From a virus: a stretch of 64,000 nucleotides of DNA. The stretch spans positions 109,351 to 173,350 of the IMG/VR virus record IMGVR_UViG_3300025101_000019. The stretch is one strand, 5' to 3'. The notes below the pieces were generated by a model. That model was not told the DNA's origin and did no database searches. It saw only the letters and a program-made list of their open reading frames with translations. This document shows, piece by piece, positions 10,222 through 20,035 of the stretch (the stretch's first letter is position 1; each line of letters opens with the position of its first letter). The translations under genes were made by a program, and so were the position numbers.

Positions 10222-11024
10222 TATATTTCGTATCTCATTCCTTTAGGAACTTTTTTAACAAATTTGTCGTTTTCTTCGTCAATGAATCTGAATATGTCTA
10301 CATCAATATCGTATTTTTTACATAGAACTTTCATTGCCTTTGTGTCTTTAGGTAAACACATACCACCATAACCACCAAACTCTTTATTTACATTTAGATA
10401 GTGACCTTCACCAACTCCATGGAATAAAAATGCGTCTTTGATTGCATCATAGTTTGCACCAAAATGTTGTGCTACTTTATGGAATGAGTTTGCAAATGTG
10501 ATTCTCATCGCTTTGTAAGTGTTTGAGAAGTACTTCATAAGTTCGGCATCAATGATTTTGACTTTTACTTTGTGAAATGGTAGTGAACCATGACTCTTTA
10601 CAATCAAATCATAGTTTTCATCACTATCAGTACCAACAACTAAAATGTTATTGTTGTATACAAAGTCTTCGTATGCACATCTTTCTCTTAAGAATTCAGG
10701 CACAAAACACATATTAAGATTTGGATATTCTTTTCTTAATCTATTTGTTGTACCAGGTTCAATTGTACTTTTCAATGCTACAAGACCTTTATACTCCAAG
10801 TCATTTAATTGTTTTATTACACTATTAACTGCCGTTAAATCACATTCATCATTTGCACCTGTTGGAGTACCAACGGTAATAAAGTTGATTTCTGTATCTA
10901 ATGTATCTTCTATTGAAGTCTCAGGCATTTTGATATCGTAACCAACCACTTCGTGTCCGATGTATTCAAATCCTTTTGATATTGCAGAACCTACTGCTCC
11001 GATTCCGATTACTCCTAATTTCAT
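10221..11024 (-). CDS. ugd: UDP-glucose/GDP-mannose 6-dehydrogenase family (short form)
   Basis: GIGAVG, VGTPT, KSTIEPG, PEFLRE, catalytic GYGGMCLPKD; C-terminal domain absent. Confidence 0.85.
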   Translation of the reverse strand: MKLGVIGIGAVGSAISKGFEYIGHEVVGYDIKMPETSIEDTLDTEINFITVGTPTGANDECDLTAVNSVIKQLNDLEYKGLVALKSTIEPGTTNRLRKEYPNLNMCFVPEFLRERCAYEDFVYNNNILVVGTDSDENYDLIVKSHGSLPFHKVKVKIIDAELMKYFSNTYKAMRITFANSFHKVAQHFGANYDAIKDAFLFHGVGEGHYLNVNKEFGGYGGMCLPKDTKAMKVLCKKYDIDVDIFRFIDEENDKFVKKVPKGMRYEI

Positions 11025-11683
11025 TCCCATATGTAATTCCATTTTTGTTTATGCCACTTATTTTCTTTAATGTATTTTATAATATCATGGTGTACCATCT
11101 TTGTATCAAAATAGTGTGGCTTACAATATAAATGACCAAAGAGTGGAACTCCACTCGTTACTGAATCTGCCATATTCATAAAACTTCCTTCATAAACATG
11201 GATTTCTTTTGCGTTCTGTAATACTTTTCTGTAATCCAATATATGTCCTGCTCTACCATCAAGGTTTATCACAGGTAAATTTGGATTCATAAAATGTTTT
11301 CTGTTAATACCAATCATTGGACGATTCATATTATCAAGTGGTCTTTCATGTACGATTATGTAATCTTTACCATGCGTTTGAACCAACTCATTATATAATC
11401 TATCCTCTTCATTTACATCATAATCCCAAGTTAAATCTCGCCAACTACTATGTTCAACACCATCTTGAAATTTTAATCCTATATGTGGTGCGTGATATTC
11501 ATGAGGACAAGTACCTGTTGATAGGTTTGGTGTCTCATTGTATAGTTTTTCAAATAACCAATTTAGTCTTGGTACTTGTATGTATACTCTATCGTATTCT
11601 TTACAATACTTTTCTTTAATTACTGATGAGAACATTAACCCATCACCAACTCCACCTGCGTGTCCTATTGTTATTGCTTCCAT
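11021..11683 (-). CDS. Putative glycosyltransferase-like protein
   Basis: GGVGDGL N-terminal motif, YIIVH and AKEIH..EGSF segments typical of GT-B enzymes. Confidence 0.5.
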   Translation of the reverse strand: MEAITIGHAGGVGDGLMFSSVIKEKYCKEYDRVYIQVPRLNWLFEKLYNETPNLSTGTCPHEYHAPHIGLKFQDGVEHSSWRDLTWDYDVNEEDRLYNELVQTHGKDYIIVHERPLDNMNRPMIGINRKHFMNPNLPVINLDGRAGHILDYRKVLQNAKEIHVYEGSFMNMADSVTSGVPLFGHLYCKPHYFDTKMVHHDIIKYIKENKWHKQKWNYIWE

Positions 11684-13452
11684 TAACTTAACATTTTTTC
11701 AACGATTTCGATATCTGATGGATAGTCAACTGCGTGTGATACATTGTCCACCATTACCATTTTTACTTTATGTCCCATCTCTATAAATCTATCAATCTCA
11801 ATGTCTTCTTCAAATTCGAGTGGTGTCTTTTTACCATAATCGGCAAAGTCTTTTAGATGTTCTCTATTGAATCCGTAGATACAAACTTGTTTCATTGGAT
11901 TACTGGTCTTACCCTGTTTTGTTCCTGGGAGTGGACTCCTTGAACACCAAATTAACTCATCATTTAGATTTGTGATTACTTTTGGTATCTTTGGGTCTTC
12001 AATCTTTTCGTGAGGATTCAAATATGCCATACAATTTATAATATGGTCAGGGTTATCAATCTTAGCTTGAATAACTTTATCAATATCGTTTGCTGATAAC
12101 ATAGGTTCGTCACCTTGGACATTGATGATAAAGTCTGCGTCTATTTCCATTGCCGCTTCTGCTACTCTATCTGTACCCGTTGGACATTCGTCTGAAGTTA
12201 AGATTACTTTTAAACCATTGTTTTTTGCAACATCAACAATTTCTTCGTTTTCTGTTGCGATGTAAACATTATCTTTACCCACCATCGAGTTTTGACATAG
12301 TTCAGCAACCCAAAGAATCATTTCTTTTCCATTAATCATCGCAAGAGGTTTTCCAGGGAATCTTGACGATTTGTATCTTGCGGGGATAACTATCGCAACC
12401 TTTGGGTCTAAGACCCCATCAAGTTTTTTATTATCAAACGACTTCGATTCAGGTATGTCAAGTAATACATCTTCTATCCTATTAGGATGTAAGAACGATT
12501 GTTGTAAGTTCTGAGGATACAATGGGTGAATGTGTTTCAATCCACTAACCATATAGTTGTGTGTAAAGCCCCATTTGTATTTTTCCATCAAAGGATTCAT
12601 CCAATCAGAAATAACTTTTTGTAAGGGTTTACAATTGTATTGTGTTTTATCACCCCAAAGAAATTTTGTTTGGTCTTTTGCGTATTGTAGGTAAGTTACA
12701 AGTTGTTCTGTTTTAACATTTCCGACACCTCTACCCATTCCAAGTAAAGTACCATCTAACCAAAGTGCCCCTTCGGATTCTGCGGCAAGACAATTGGCGA
12801 ATGCAAGTCCAAGGTTATCGTGTGTATGAATCCCAATCTTCGAATCACCTTCGAATAGTTCTACAATCTCTTTTGTTCTATCAGGAGTCAATGCTCCATA
12901 TGAATCAGCAAAGTATAATGATAGTGGTTTTAATTCACCCATATCATTTACGAAAGTATTTATTTCACTATCATCTAATAAAGATATACCCATCAGATTT
13001 ACTATCAATTCGTAATCCTTTGATTGGATATATTTACCGATTTCGATTGCGAGGTCTAATTCCGAATACTTTATCGCGAGACGACAAATATCGAATGGTG
13101 AATTTTCCCCATCATGGATAACATCATCAATCAATGAGAAATCTACTTCATTACCTTTTATGAAATCCTTTGCGTCAATCATAAACGCAAGTTTGAGGTT
13201 TACTGGCTTTCTATTGTCCAATACATCCCAAATGAACCTATCGTTACACTTACGATATTTACCACCCTTAACAGGCGATTTGTAACCCATCTCCATTACT
13301 CCCACTCCCGAAAGGTCAAGGGCTTGTACTAAGTCTCTGACCATCTGAGTGTCAAAGTTCCAATTGGTGTAGTACCCACCATCTCTTAATGTACAATCTA
13401 ATATCATAGGAAATTTGTTAAAATTTTCTTTCGACACACGAATCGTTCCCAA
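11683..13452 (-). CDS. Fusion of HMGL-like (DRE-TIM) aldolase and CMP-Kdo synthetase-like cytidylyltransferase
   Basis: DCTLRDGG, ADSYG, HTHDN, GMGRGVGN; then IPARYKSSRFPGKPL, TGTDR, NVQGDEP, VDYPSD; likely ATG start at 13407. Confidence 0.9.
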   Translation of the reverse strand: MGTIRVSKENFNKFPMILDCTLRDGGYYTNWNFDTQMVRDLVQALDLSGVGVMEMGYKSPVKGGKYRKCNDRFIWDVLDNRKPVNLKLAFMIDAKDFIKGNEVDFSLIDDVIHDGENSPFDICRLAIKYSELDLAIEIGKYIQSKDYELIVNLMGISLLDDSEINTFVNDMGELKPLSLYFADSYGALTPDRTKEIVELFEGDSKIGIHTHDNLGLAFANCLAAESEGALWLDGTLLGMGRGVGNVKTEQLVTYLQYAKDQTKFLWGDKTQYNCKPLQKVISDWMNPLMEKYKWGFTHNYMVSGLKHIHPLYPQNLQQSFLHPNRIEDVLLDIPESKSFDNKKLDGVLDPKVAIVIPARYKSSRFPGKPLAMINGKEMILWVAELCQNSMVGKDNVYIATENEEIVDVAKNNGLKVILTSDECPTGTDRVAEAAMEIDADFIINVQGDEPMLSANDIDKVIQAKIDNPDHIINCMAYLNPHEKIEDPKIPKVITNLNDELIWCSRSPLPGTKQGKTSNPMKQVCIYGFNREHLKDFADYGKKTPLEFEEDIEIDRFIEMGHKVKMVMVDNVSHAVDYPSDIEIVEKMLS

Positions 13453-13460
13453 AATGTGGG

Positions 13461-14084
13461 TTACACGAGGGTGTCATAATAGTCGTTTTGTTTTACTTGT
13501 TTTTCTATATCTTTGTGATGGAACAATGATAGTTCCTCAACCCAAGGTAAATTAGAAATCGTGTCATATCCATCGAGTTTCTCGTGTACCTTATTTATCC
13601 AACGAATGGAGTCTGATTTTTTATAAACTCTCCATTGTGGGTCTGGCCAATTTACTCGACCTTTATCATCAACCTTCCACCCCCACTTCTGAATGTACTC
13701 ATCGGTTAATCCATCTACCAAATTTACTCTTGGTACAAGAATTACATCAACACCATTCATTTCAAGGATTGCTGGAAGGTTTTCAATCAATTCATTATTA
13801 GGGATTTCATCTGCGTCAATCTGAAAGATGTAATCACCATTACATAAATCTGTTAATTTGTTTTTCCAATTTGCGAAGTGTCCATCGAACTCACCACTAT
13901 GCCATGAGTAAGTTGGATTTACTGATTTTGCTCTTAGAAATTCTTCTACTTTTGTATCACCATTCTTAGAATCGTATAGAACTACGATTTCATCTTCGTC
14001 TCTGATATTGTCTAATAAGTAAGGTATTAGTTTTTGAATTTCTACCAACTCATTACAAACTGTAATTGCGTAACTTATTTTCAT
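13461..14084 (-). CDS. Glycosyltransferase family 2
   Basis: ISYAITVCNE, IDADE, WPDPQWR, VHE. Confidence 0.85.
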   Translation of the reverse strand: MKISYAITVCNELVEIQKLIPYLLDNIRDEDEIVVLYDSKNGDTKVEEFLRAKSVNPTYSWHSGEFDGHFANWKNKLTDLCNGDYIFQIDADEIPNNELIENLPAILEMNGVDVILVPRVNLVDGLTDEYIQKWGWKVDDKGRVNWPDPQWRVYKKSDSIRWINKVHEKLDGYDTISNLPWVEELSLFHHKDIEKQVKQNDYYDTLV

Positions 14085-14093
14085 ACTCTATTT

Positions 14094-14609
14094 TTATAAT
14101 CCTACGGGTGGAGTATCTTGTGTGGTCTCCAAATCCGTATCGTCCTTTCGAACTTGTTCTTGTTGTCTTCGTTCTGACCTTGATGCTATTTTATCAAATA
14201 CACCATAGTCATAGTTATAAACTGTTATCTGTCCTACATTCTTTTCAACCAAAGTTCTATAACCATTTTGAAGGTCTTTGTTCTTTAGTTTAGAAGTGTA
14301 GAATTGTTTAGAGTTAACTTCTACTCTCAATTTACTCAAATCTAACTTTTTAATTTGAGGAGTAGTACTTGTTACCTCATTCAAATCCTCTGCAAGTTTA
14401 GTAAACTTGTCGGGTGCACAATCTTTTAAATCTAAACAATGAAAGTAATTCTTGAATTTAGGTTGTAAGATAAAGACAAACATATCTCTCTGAGTGTTGT
14501 CTCGTTTCTTATACCTAATCTTTGCAACCATACCTCTTTCTAATTTAGTCTTAGAAACTCTTGTAGGGTCTGTTAATTTACTTCTATGTCTACTTGTAAA
14601 ATCTGGCAT
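14094..14609 (-). CDS. Hypothetical protein (weak resemblance to DNA end-protector-like family)
   Basis: Coupled ORF, basic; no firm motif. Confidence 0.5.
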   Translation of the reverse strand: MPDFTSRHRSKLTDPTRVSKTKLERGMVAKIRYKKRDNTQRDMFVFILQPKFKNYFHCLDLKDCAPDKFTKLAEDLNEVTSTTPQIKKLDLSKLRVEVNSKQFYTSKLKNKDLQNGYRTLVEKNVGQITVYNYDYGVFDKIASRSERRQQEQVRKDDTDLETTQDTPPVGL

Positions 14610-15889
14610 TACTTTTTCTTCAATTTAGGTAGTTTCAATCCAACTTGAGTAGGACCTTCACCAACTTTATATTGTGTTAACAACTCACCTAACTTCTCTG
14701 TCATCTTATCTTGAGTAAAGTTAGTTTTTACATAATGTCTGTTTTTACGAGACATTACCACTGCTTTTTTGTAATTGTTATAAACTGTTTTTAGAACACC
14801 ACCTGCTTGTTGATGGTCAATCTTGAACCATTTTGCTTGTTCAAGAATCCATTTGTTTGCAGCTGATTTATGAACATTCTCTAATTTACCACCTACTAAA
14901 AAGTTATATTCTTTATGTAAGAAATCTACATGACCACTCCAAGCTGATGCTATAATTGGTTTACCACTAACACATGCCTCAAGTAATGGTCTACCGAATC
15001 CTTCACCATGAGTAAATGATACATGAGATTTTACTTTTGGATGATTGTATACTGAATTCATTTCTTCATCGGTCAAATCACCATCTAAAATATAAATATT
15101 AGGAAAGTTAGTTCCACCGATTCTATTTTTACATCTTTCGATTGTTTTTCTTAGTCGATGTATATTTGATATTGATGGTTGTCCATTATTAGTTTTTAGA
15201 ACCAACGCAGGTTTAGTTTTGTTTTTAAAAGATGTTCCCTTAAATGTATTCAAAAATACTTTTACTAATGAATATATGTTTTTTCTATCTTGACCATCTG
15301 CACCTGGCAACCAATGACCCACAAATAAGAAACAAAAGTTTTCTGGTATTTTGTCAAATACTTTTTTAACAGTATTGTTTATAGGTGCTTTATTGTCAAA
15401 AACCTTTGTGTCAAATCCTTCGAATAAAACTTCAACAGGTTTTTCTAATTTCAACTCACCCATCTTTTGTTTTGTCTGGTCATTGAGTTTATCATAAACT
15501 GCCGATAAAGTTCTTGCTGAATGTTCTGACGAAACCATAGTTAAGTCCATTCTATTACACCCATCAATAAATTCTGCAGGTGCATCTGATGTTTCGATAA
15601 CTGCTGATACACCAATATTAAAATGACCTACTGGTTGAAACTCTGATGGAATTGTCATTTGAATCCAAATATCTGGCTTCGTTTCCATTTTACGACTGAT
15701 TCTTGAAGTCAAATCTGAATCATCAGGTGTCAATGCGTTGATAGGAGTTTGTCCCCATCGTTGAGACAATATTCTAATGTCCCACTCATCACCCTTTAAC
15801 TGAATTAATGACCTTACGAAATCTCTACTTCTTGCACCATAACCACTTCTTGTAGCTATTGGACAACTAATTACACATACTTTTTTCAT
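14609..15889 (-). CDS. Glycosyltransferase family 4 (GT-B)
   Basis: SGYG, DRKN, GEGFGRPLLEA..SGKPII. Confidence 0.9.
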   Translation of the reverse strand: MKKVCVISCPIATRSGYGARSRDFVRSLIQLKGDEWDIRILSQRWGQTPINALTPDDSDLTSRISRKMETKPDIWIQMTIPSEFQPVGHFNIGVSAVIETSDAPAEFIDGCNRMDLTMVSSEHSARTLSAVYDKLNDQTKQKMGELKLEKPVEVLFEGFDTKVFDNKAPINNTVKKVFDKIPENFCFLFVGHWLPGADGQDRKNIYSLVKVFLNTFKGTSFKNKTKPALVLKTNNGQPSISNIHRLRKTIERCKNRIGGTNFPNIYILDGDLTDEEMNSVYNHPKVKSHVSFTHGEGFGRPLLEACVSGKPIIASAWSGHVDFLHKEYNFLVGGKLENVHKSAANKWILEQAKWFKIDHQQAGGVLKTVYNNYKKAVVMSRKNRHYVKTNFTQDKMTEKLGELLTQYKVGEGPTQVGLKLPKLKKK

Positions 15890-17298
15890 ATCTTGTAAAT
15901 ATCAAATCTTTGTCTTGGTTTCCAATTTTCAAAACAACCATCGATTGCTTCAATAAATTTCTTACCCATTGTTTCGGCTGCCATATCACCTGCACCCATA
16001 ATAAATTCATGTCCTTTCATACCTGCGGATGTACACTCATCCCTACCCTTACTATACCATTTATCTATTGCCGAACCGATGTCTTTATAAGAACATCTAT
16101 CATCAAATATATAAGGAGTAACGGGTGACCCTTGTAGTGAACGATTAGAAGGCCAGATTGGTTCAACCCATTCACCCCAAGTCAGTTCGTCTATAATTGG
16201 ATTATCTTTATCGTGTAAAGAACCAATCTCAACATAATCATCTCCAGTTAAGAACTCACCATTTCTTTTAAATCCACATTGGTCTTGTAATCCACCTGTA
16301 ACATTTACAATGATAGGAGTACCTGCTCGTAATGCTTCACAAGAACCCAAACCAAACCCTTCGTTTGATGCGACATTCAATACCACATCACACGAGTTAT
16401 AAAACATATTTAATCCTTCCGTACTTAGTTTTCCATCTGAAAACTTTACATCACAATTAGTTACATTCATTTTTACCAATTCAGGAAGGTCTGTACCATT
16501 ATCATCAATTGGATTTGTGTGCATGAACAATAGTACTTTTTTATTTGGATGTTTCTTTGCAAACTCTTCTACTCCTAAAACAACATCACCTGGAACTTTT
16601 CTACGAATGTTTCTGTTACACCATCCGAGAATAAAGTCATAATCATTAATACCACATTCTTCTTTGTATGCTATTAAATTAGTATCTGTATCTGATAGTG
16701 GTTTGAATAAGTTAGTTACTCCATGTGGAATATACTTGAAAGACCAATCTTCTCTATCTTCACCATACCAATCCATTACTCTTTTGTTAATACCATATGT
16801 TTGTTTGGATATACCTAACAACAAGTCACAACTTGCGTAAAATGGTGCATTCCAATGTGGGTCAGGTAATGAGTCCCATATATTGTAATACATGATTGGA
16901 CAAATCTGTCTAACCTCATTTTCCATATCATACAACCATCCCCAAAATCTTGGGTCAGTAAAGTGTAGTATTGCGTCTGGTTTTTCTACATTCAATAATT
17001 CTCTTAAAACTTCAGGATTACCATAACTTGTATGGGCGTATATCTTTACAGATGCATCTTCTATGCCTGTAAGTTTTCTAACATCATCATCTAAAATGAA
17101 TTGTTTACCATGGTCGGGATGTTTTAATGCAGCCCCCAATTGTACCCAATCATATTTGTGTACTGTTGATAGTACGATTTCTTTTGATTGTGTTGCAATC
17201 CCACTATGTAATCGTAAATCATCGGAAAGTAAAAGTATCTTTGGTTTCTTAACCTTATTCTTAGATACCTTCTTTAGTTTTGGTAGTTCTATGCTCAT
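15886..17298 (-). CDS. Glycosyltransferase family 4 (GT-B)
   Basis: IPHG, NRNIRRK, NEGFGLGSCEALRAGTPII. Confidence 0.9.
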   Translation of the reverse strand: MSIELPKLKKVSKNKVKKPKILLLSDDLRLHSGIATQSKEIVLSTVHKYDWVQLGAALKHPDHGKQFILDDDVRKLTGIEDASVKIYAHTSYGNPEVLRELLNVEKPDAILHFTDPRFWGWLYDMENEVRQICPIMYYNIWDSLPDPHWNAPFYASCDLLLGISKQTYGINKRVMDWYGEDREDWSFKYIPHGVTNLFKPLSDTDTNLIAYKEECGINDYDFILGWCNRNIRRKVPGDVVLGVEEFAKKHPNKKVLLFMHTNPIDDNGTDLPELVKMNVTNCDVKFSDGKLSTEGLNMFYNSCDVVLNVASNEGFGLGSCEALRAGTPIIVNVTGGLQDQCGFKRNGEFLTGDDYVEIGSLHDKDNPIIDELTWGEWVEPIWPSNRSLQGSPVTPYIFDDRCSYKDIGSAIDKWYSKGRDECTSAGMKGHEFIMGAGDMAAETMGKKFIEAIDGCFENWKPRQRFDIYKI

Positions 17299-17326
17299 TC
17301 TATAACTTCTTCTTAATTTATTTAAC

Positions 17327-17334
17327 TATAAATA
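17327..17334 (-). promoter_or_regulatory. Putative late promoter motif TATTTATA heading the glycan island
   Basis: Same motif at 497, 38831, 42252, 52271, 56876, 57217, 59789, 63532; TATTTATT at 53825 and 54414. Confidence 0.6.
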
Positions 17335-17349
17335 TACAAAAAATATTTA

Positions 17350-17733
17350 TTAAATCCTATTATAATCATCATTAATTCTAACGATATCATCTTCACCGAA
17401 ATAGGTTCCAGTTTGAACCTCTATAAACTCAACGGGTTCATCCGTTTCATTCCATGCTCTGTGCTTTGCACCTAATGGTATTCTAATGGTCTCACCATAT
17501 TTTCTGAATACCTTTTCATCATCCAAAACAATTGTTAACTCACCTTTTATAATCGTCCAACATTCTTGTCTTTTGTGGTGATACTGATAAGATAGTTTTT
17601 GATTTGGATTTACTGTAATTCTTTTTACTTTTGTTGTAGGGTCATCTAACAATACTTCATACTTTCCCCATGGTCGAGTTTCAGTTAAGATTCCCCTAGC
17701 AGTTATTGATTGGTTTGATTCTAATTTACTCAT
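17350..17733 (-). CDS. Mannose-6-phosphate isomerase type II cupin domain
   Basis: RPWG.Y, LSYQYHHKRQECW, IEVQTGTYFGEDDIVR. Confidence 0.9.
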   Translation of the reverse strand: MSKLESNQSITARGILTETRPWGKYEVLLDDPTTKVKRITVNPNQKLSYQYHHKRQECWTIIKGELTIVLDDEKVFRKYGETIRIPLGAKHRAWNETDEPVEFIEVQTGTYFGEDDIVRINDDYNRI

Positions 17734-18125
17734 TGTACAAAACTTGCTTTTTTACCCCATCTATTTAGTAACCTACTAAAATGATTAAAGTCTTTTCTTG
17801 TTATTTCACCAAAGTATATTATTCTATCTGAATTATGTACTATACAATCGTACTGATGAAGTGGTTGTGTTGGATGATATGGTTTATCATAATAATCATC
17901 GTCCATTCCACTATACAAAGTACTTGATGTATGTGCTGCGTTATATTCGATATACTTTAGATTCATTTCTAACGCATATTTTCTAACCCACTTCTCTACA
18001 CCATTCTTTTTACCTCTCGTGATAATTGTTAAATCATCACCAAACTTTTGTTTGAGTTTAAAGATTGCTTCTTTAAGTTCACCTCTATTCTCGTACTTCT
18101 CATCCCCTATCAGAGCTACCTTCAT
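17730..18125 (-). CDS. SLOG/DUF2493-like protein
   Basis: MKVALIG..IITRG..GVEKW..YA Rossmann-like pattern; start moved to MKVAL. Confidence 0.55.
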   Translation of the reverse strand: MKVALIGDEKYENRGELKEAIFKLKQKFGDDLTIITRGKKNGVEKWVRKYALEMNLKYIEYNAAHTSSTLYSGMDDDYYDKPYHPTQPLHQYDCIVHNSDRIIYFGEITRKDFNHFSRLLNRWGKKASFVQ

Positions 18126-18612
18126 TTTTATTAAGTGTGTTTCGTACCTTTTTCCAATACCTTTTAGTTTGTTTCTTTTGTAATCCCTTCGGACCACCAT
18201 TCCAACACCTTGCGATTTTCTCATATGAACTTTCTTTGTGATAATAATCTACAAATACATAAAACATTTCAATAGACTTTTCTCTATTCCATCTGTCATC
18301 AAGTGTATAAAATCTATTATCATCATTTTTGTTTAAAATTCGATTTACATCATTCACCATTATGGGTCTAATCTGTAATACTCCTGCAGCGTTTTCTCTT
18401 TTTGCATATGCAGTTGGGTTACCCTCTGATTCTACCCACACCATTGCCTCTACCAAATCATCTAAATTTCTTACAATGGGTTTTATTTCATTTTCTACTT
18501 TTTCAATTTTAATTTCCTTAATAGGAATCGTGTCAATTTGTTCTATTGGTTGTTCGTTGTTATTTACCGAAGAACATAGTAATCCGACTAATACTATTGA
18601 AAGATTTCTCAT
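18100..18612 (-). CDS. Lysozyme-like/transglycosylase with N-terminal signal or anchor
   Basis: VESEG, GVLQI, ARCWNGGP..T..YW motifs; hydrophobic N-terminus. Confidence 0.75.
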   Translation of the reverse strand: MRNLSIVLVGLLCSSVNNNEQPIEQIDTIPIKEIKIEKVENEIKPIVRNLDDLVEAMVWVESEGNPTAYAKRENAAGVLQIRPIMVNDVNRILNKNDDNRFYTLDDRWNREKSIEMFYVFVDYYHKESSYEKIARCWNGGPKGLQKKQTKRYWKKVRNTLNKNEGSSDRG

Positions 18613-19559
18613 ACAAATTTTATTCGTTCAACTTTGGGACATAATTCACTATCCTTAAAAGGACAATACTTACAACTTTTCTTGTTTTTACCCATCGTAG
18701 CGGGAAAGTCCCCTTCTGTGTTGTAAGAACCATCATCGTTAAAAGCGTTGGCGATAAACTCATCAAAACTTTTTACAATCTTATTTAGTGTTGGTTTTCC
18801 ATGTGATGGTACAAATTCTTGTACTCGTTTCTGAGCAAACATAGCTTCTTCCCATAACTTCCTCTTAACTATAAAGTACCTAACTTGTATCTTGTCTAAA
18901 GGATATCCATATTGTTCAGCGAAAAACTTCTTGTACAATACTAATTGAGCAGTTTTTGTTTTATCTGCTTTTTGCCATTTGTTCCAACCTTTTGTTGAGG
19001 TTTTGATATCCCAAATTTCTATTGTATTATCTGCAAGATTCTCAAATACTAAGTCGAGGAATCCCTTCATCATAATGTTTTCATTAGAATCGGATGCTGG
19101 ATAGTATATTGGTAACTCAACTCCAACTAATTTCATAGTCCTTGTTGAGAAGTATGATGCTCTATTCTTACGAAGGAAATCCAATATCTGAACACCATCA
19201 TCGTAGAATTCATTCATTTGGTCTTTTGTGGTGAACTTGACACCATAGACTGCCATCATCTTTTTGTACTCCTTAGCCATCTCTTCTAATAGTAGAGATT
19301 CTAAGTCCATTTCATTTGCTTTAACTGCCGACTCGTTGTACATTACTTGTAACCACGATTGAATTGTCTCGTGCATCGCAGTACCAAATACAAGATGAAT
19401 AGATGGGTCAAAGTCTTTGTGACCATCCATATAGGTCAATTTCCATTGTTTTGGACAATTAGCCCACATTGTATATTGAGAATACGAAACTTTAACATCA
19501 CCCTTCTGTTCTTTATGAACGGGGAAATTAAAGATGTTAGATACCATAGATTTTTTCAT
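18609..19559 (-). CDS. PD-(D/E)XK exonuclease (Cas4/RecB-like)
   Basis: SYSQ..CP, GTAMH, GFLDL..DIKT, QL.LY, CKYCPF..C; start moved downstream of promoter 19565. Confidence 0.85.
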   Translation of the reverse strand: MKKSMVSNIFNFPVHKEQKGDVKVSYSQYTMWANCPKQWKLTYMDGHKDFDPSIHLVFGTAMHETIQSWLQVMYNESAVKANEMDLESLLLEEMAKEYKKMMAVYGVKFTTKDQMNEFYDDGVQILDFLRKNRASYFSTRTMKLVGVELPIYYPASDSNENIMMKGFLDLVFENLADNTIEIWDIKTSTKGWNKWQKADKTKTAQLVLYKKFFAEQYGYPLDKIQVRYFIVKRKLWEEAMFAQKRVQEFVPSHGKPTLNKIVKSFDEFIANAFNDDGSYNTEGDFPATMGKNKKSCKYCPFKDSELCPKVERIKFV

Positions 19560-19564
19560 ACACT

Positions 19565-19596
19565 CTAATATACGACAATTTGACGAGAATGCCAAA
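19565..19596 (-). promoter_or_regulatory. Bacteroidota sigma70-type promoter (-33/-7)
   Basis: TTTG-N20-TATATTAG. Confidence 0.75.
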
Positions 19597-19624
19597 TTTT
19601 TAATGTTATTAAATTGTTAAGTTT

Positions 19625-20035
19625 TTACTTAGCCCACTTCTTTCTTTGGACTATCTGAGAGATAATTCCGTATACACTCAAGTCTTCGTAAGTGTCTTGG
19701 ATATTCTCACCGACCTCATCAGGTTGCCCTAATACAACCAATTGCTTTAGTCTTTGGATTTTATCGTTTTTTCTAAACCATAACCCAACTAATGATAGTT
19801 TGATATCTTCGTCTGATTCTAAATTAGTTCCAACCGATATATTACCTGGCCCATAGTTTCTTTGTTTTTTACAAAATGTTTCATACATTTCATCTAAAAT
19901 CTTTTGGAACTCTGATGTAGTTTCTGGGTATAATCTTTCACAATATTCTACTGCGTTTTCTTCTACATTTCTTTTTTCAGTTCTCTCACCCTTCCACTCT
20001 ACTTTATTTTTTCTGTCTTTTATTACTTTAGCCAT
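19625..20035 (-). CDS. Nucleotide-modification-associated domain 1 (DUF1599-like)
   Basis: FCKKQRNYG, R.NDKIQRL, V.E.IQDT..DLSVY. Confidence 0.75.
   Translation of the reverse strand: MAKVIKDRKNKVEWKGERTEKRNVEENAVEYCERLYPETTSEFQKILDEMYETFCKKQRNYGPGNISVGTNLESDEDIKLSLVGLWFRKNDKIQRLKQLVVLGQPDEVGENIQDTYEDLSVYGIISQIVQRKKWAK

Noticed and set aside
18609-19559. Cas4-like nuclease as part of a CRISPR system
   Set aside because: Solo PD-(D/E)XK nucleases are common in phage replication regions; no array or cas1/cas2 seen
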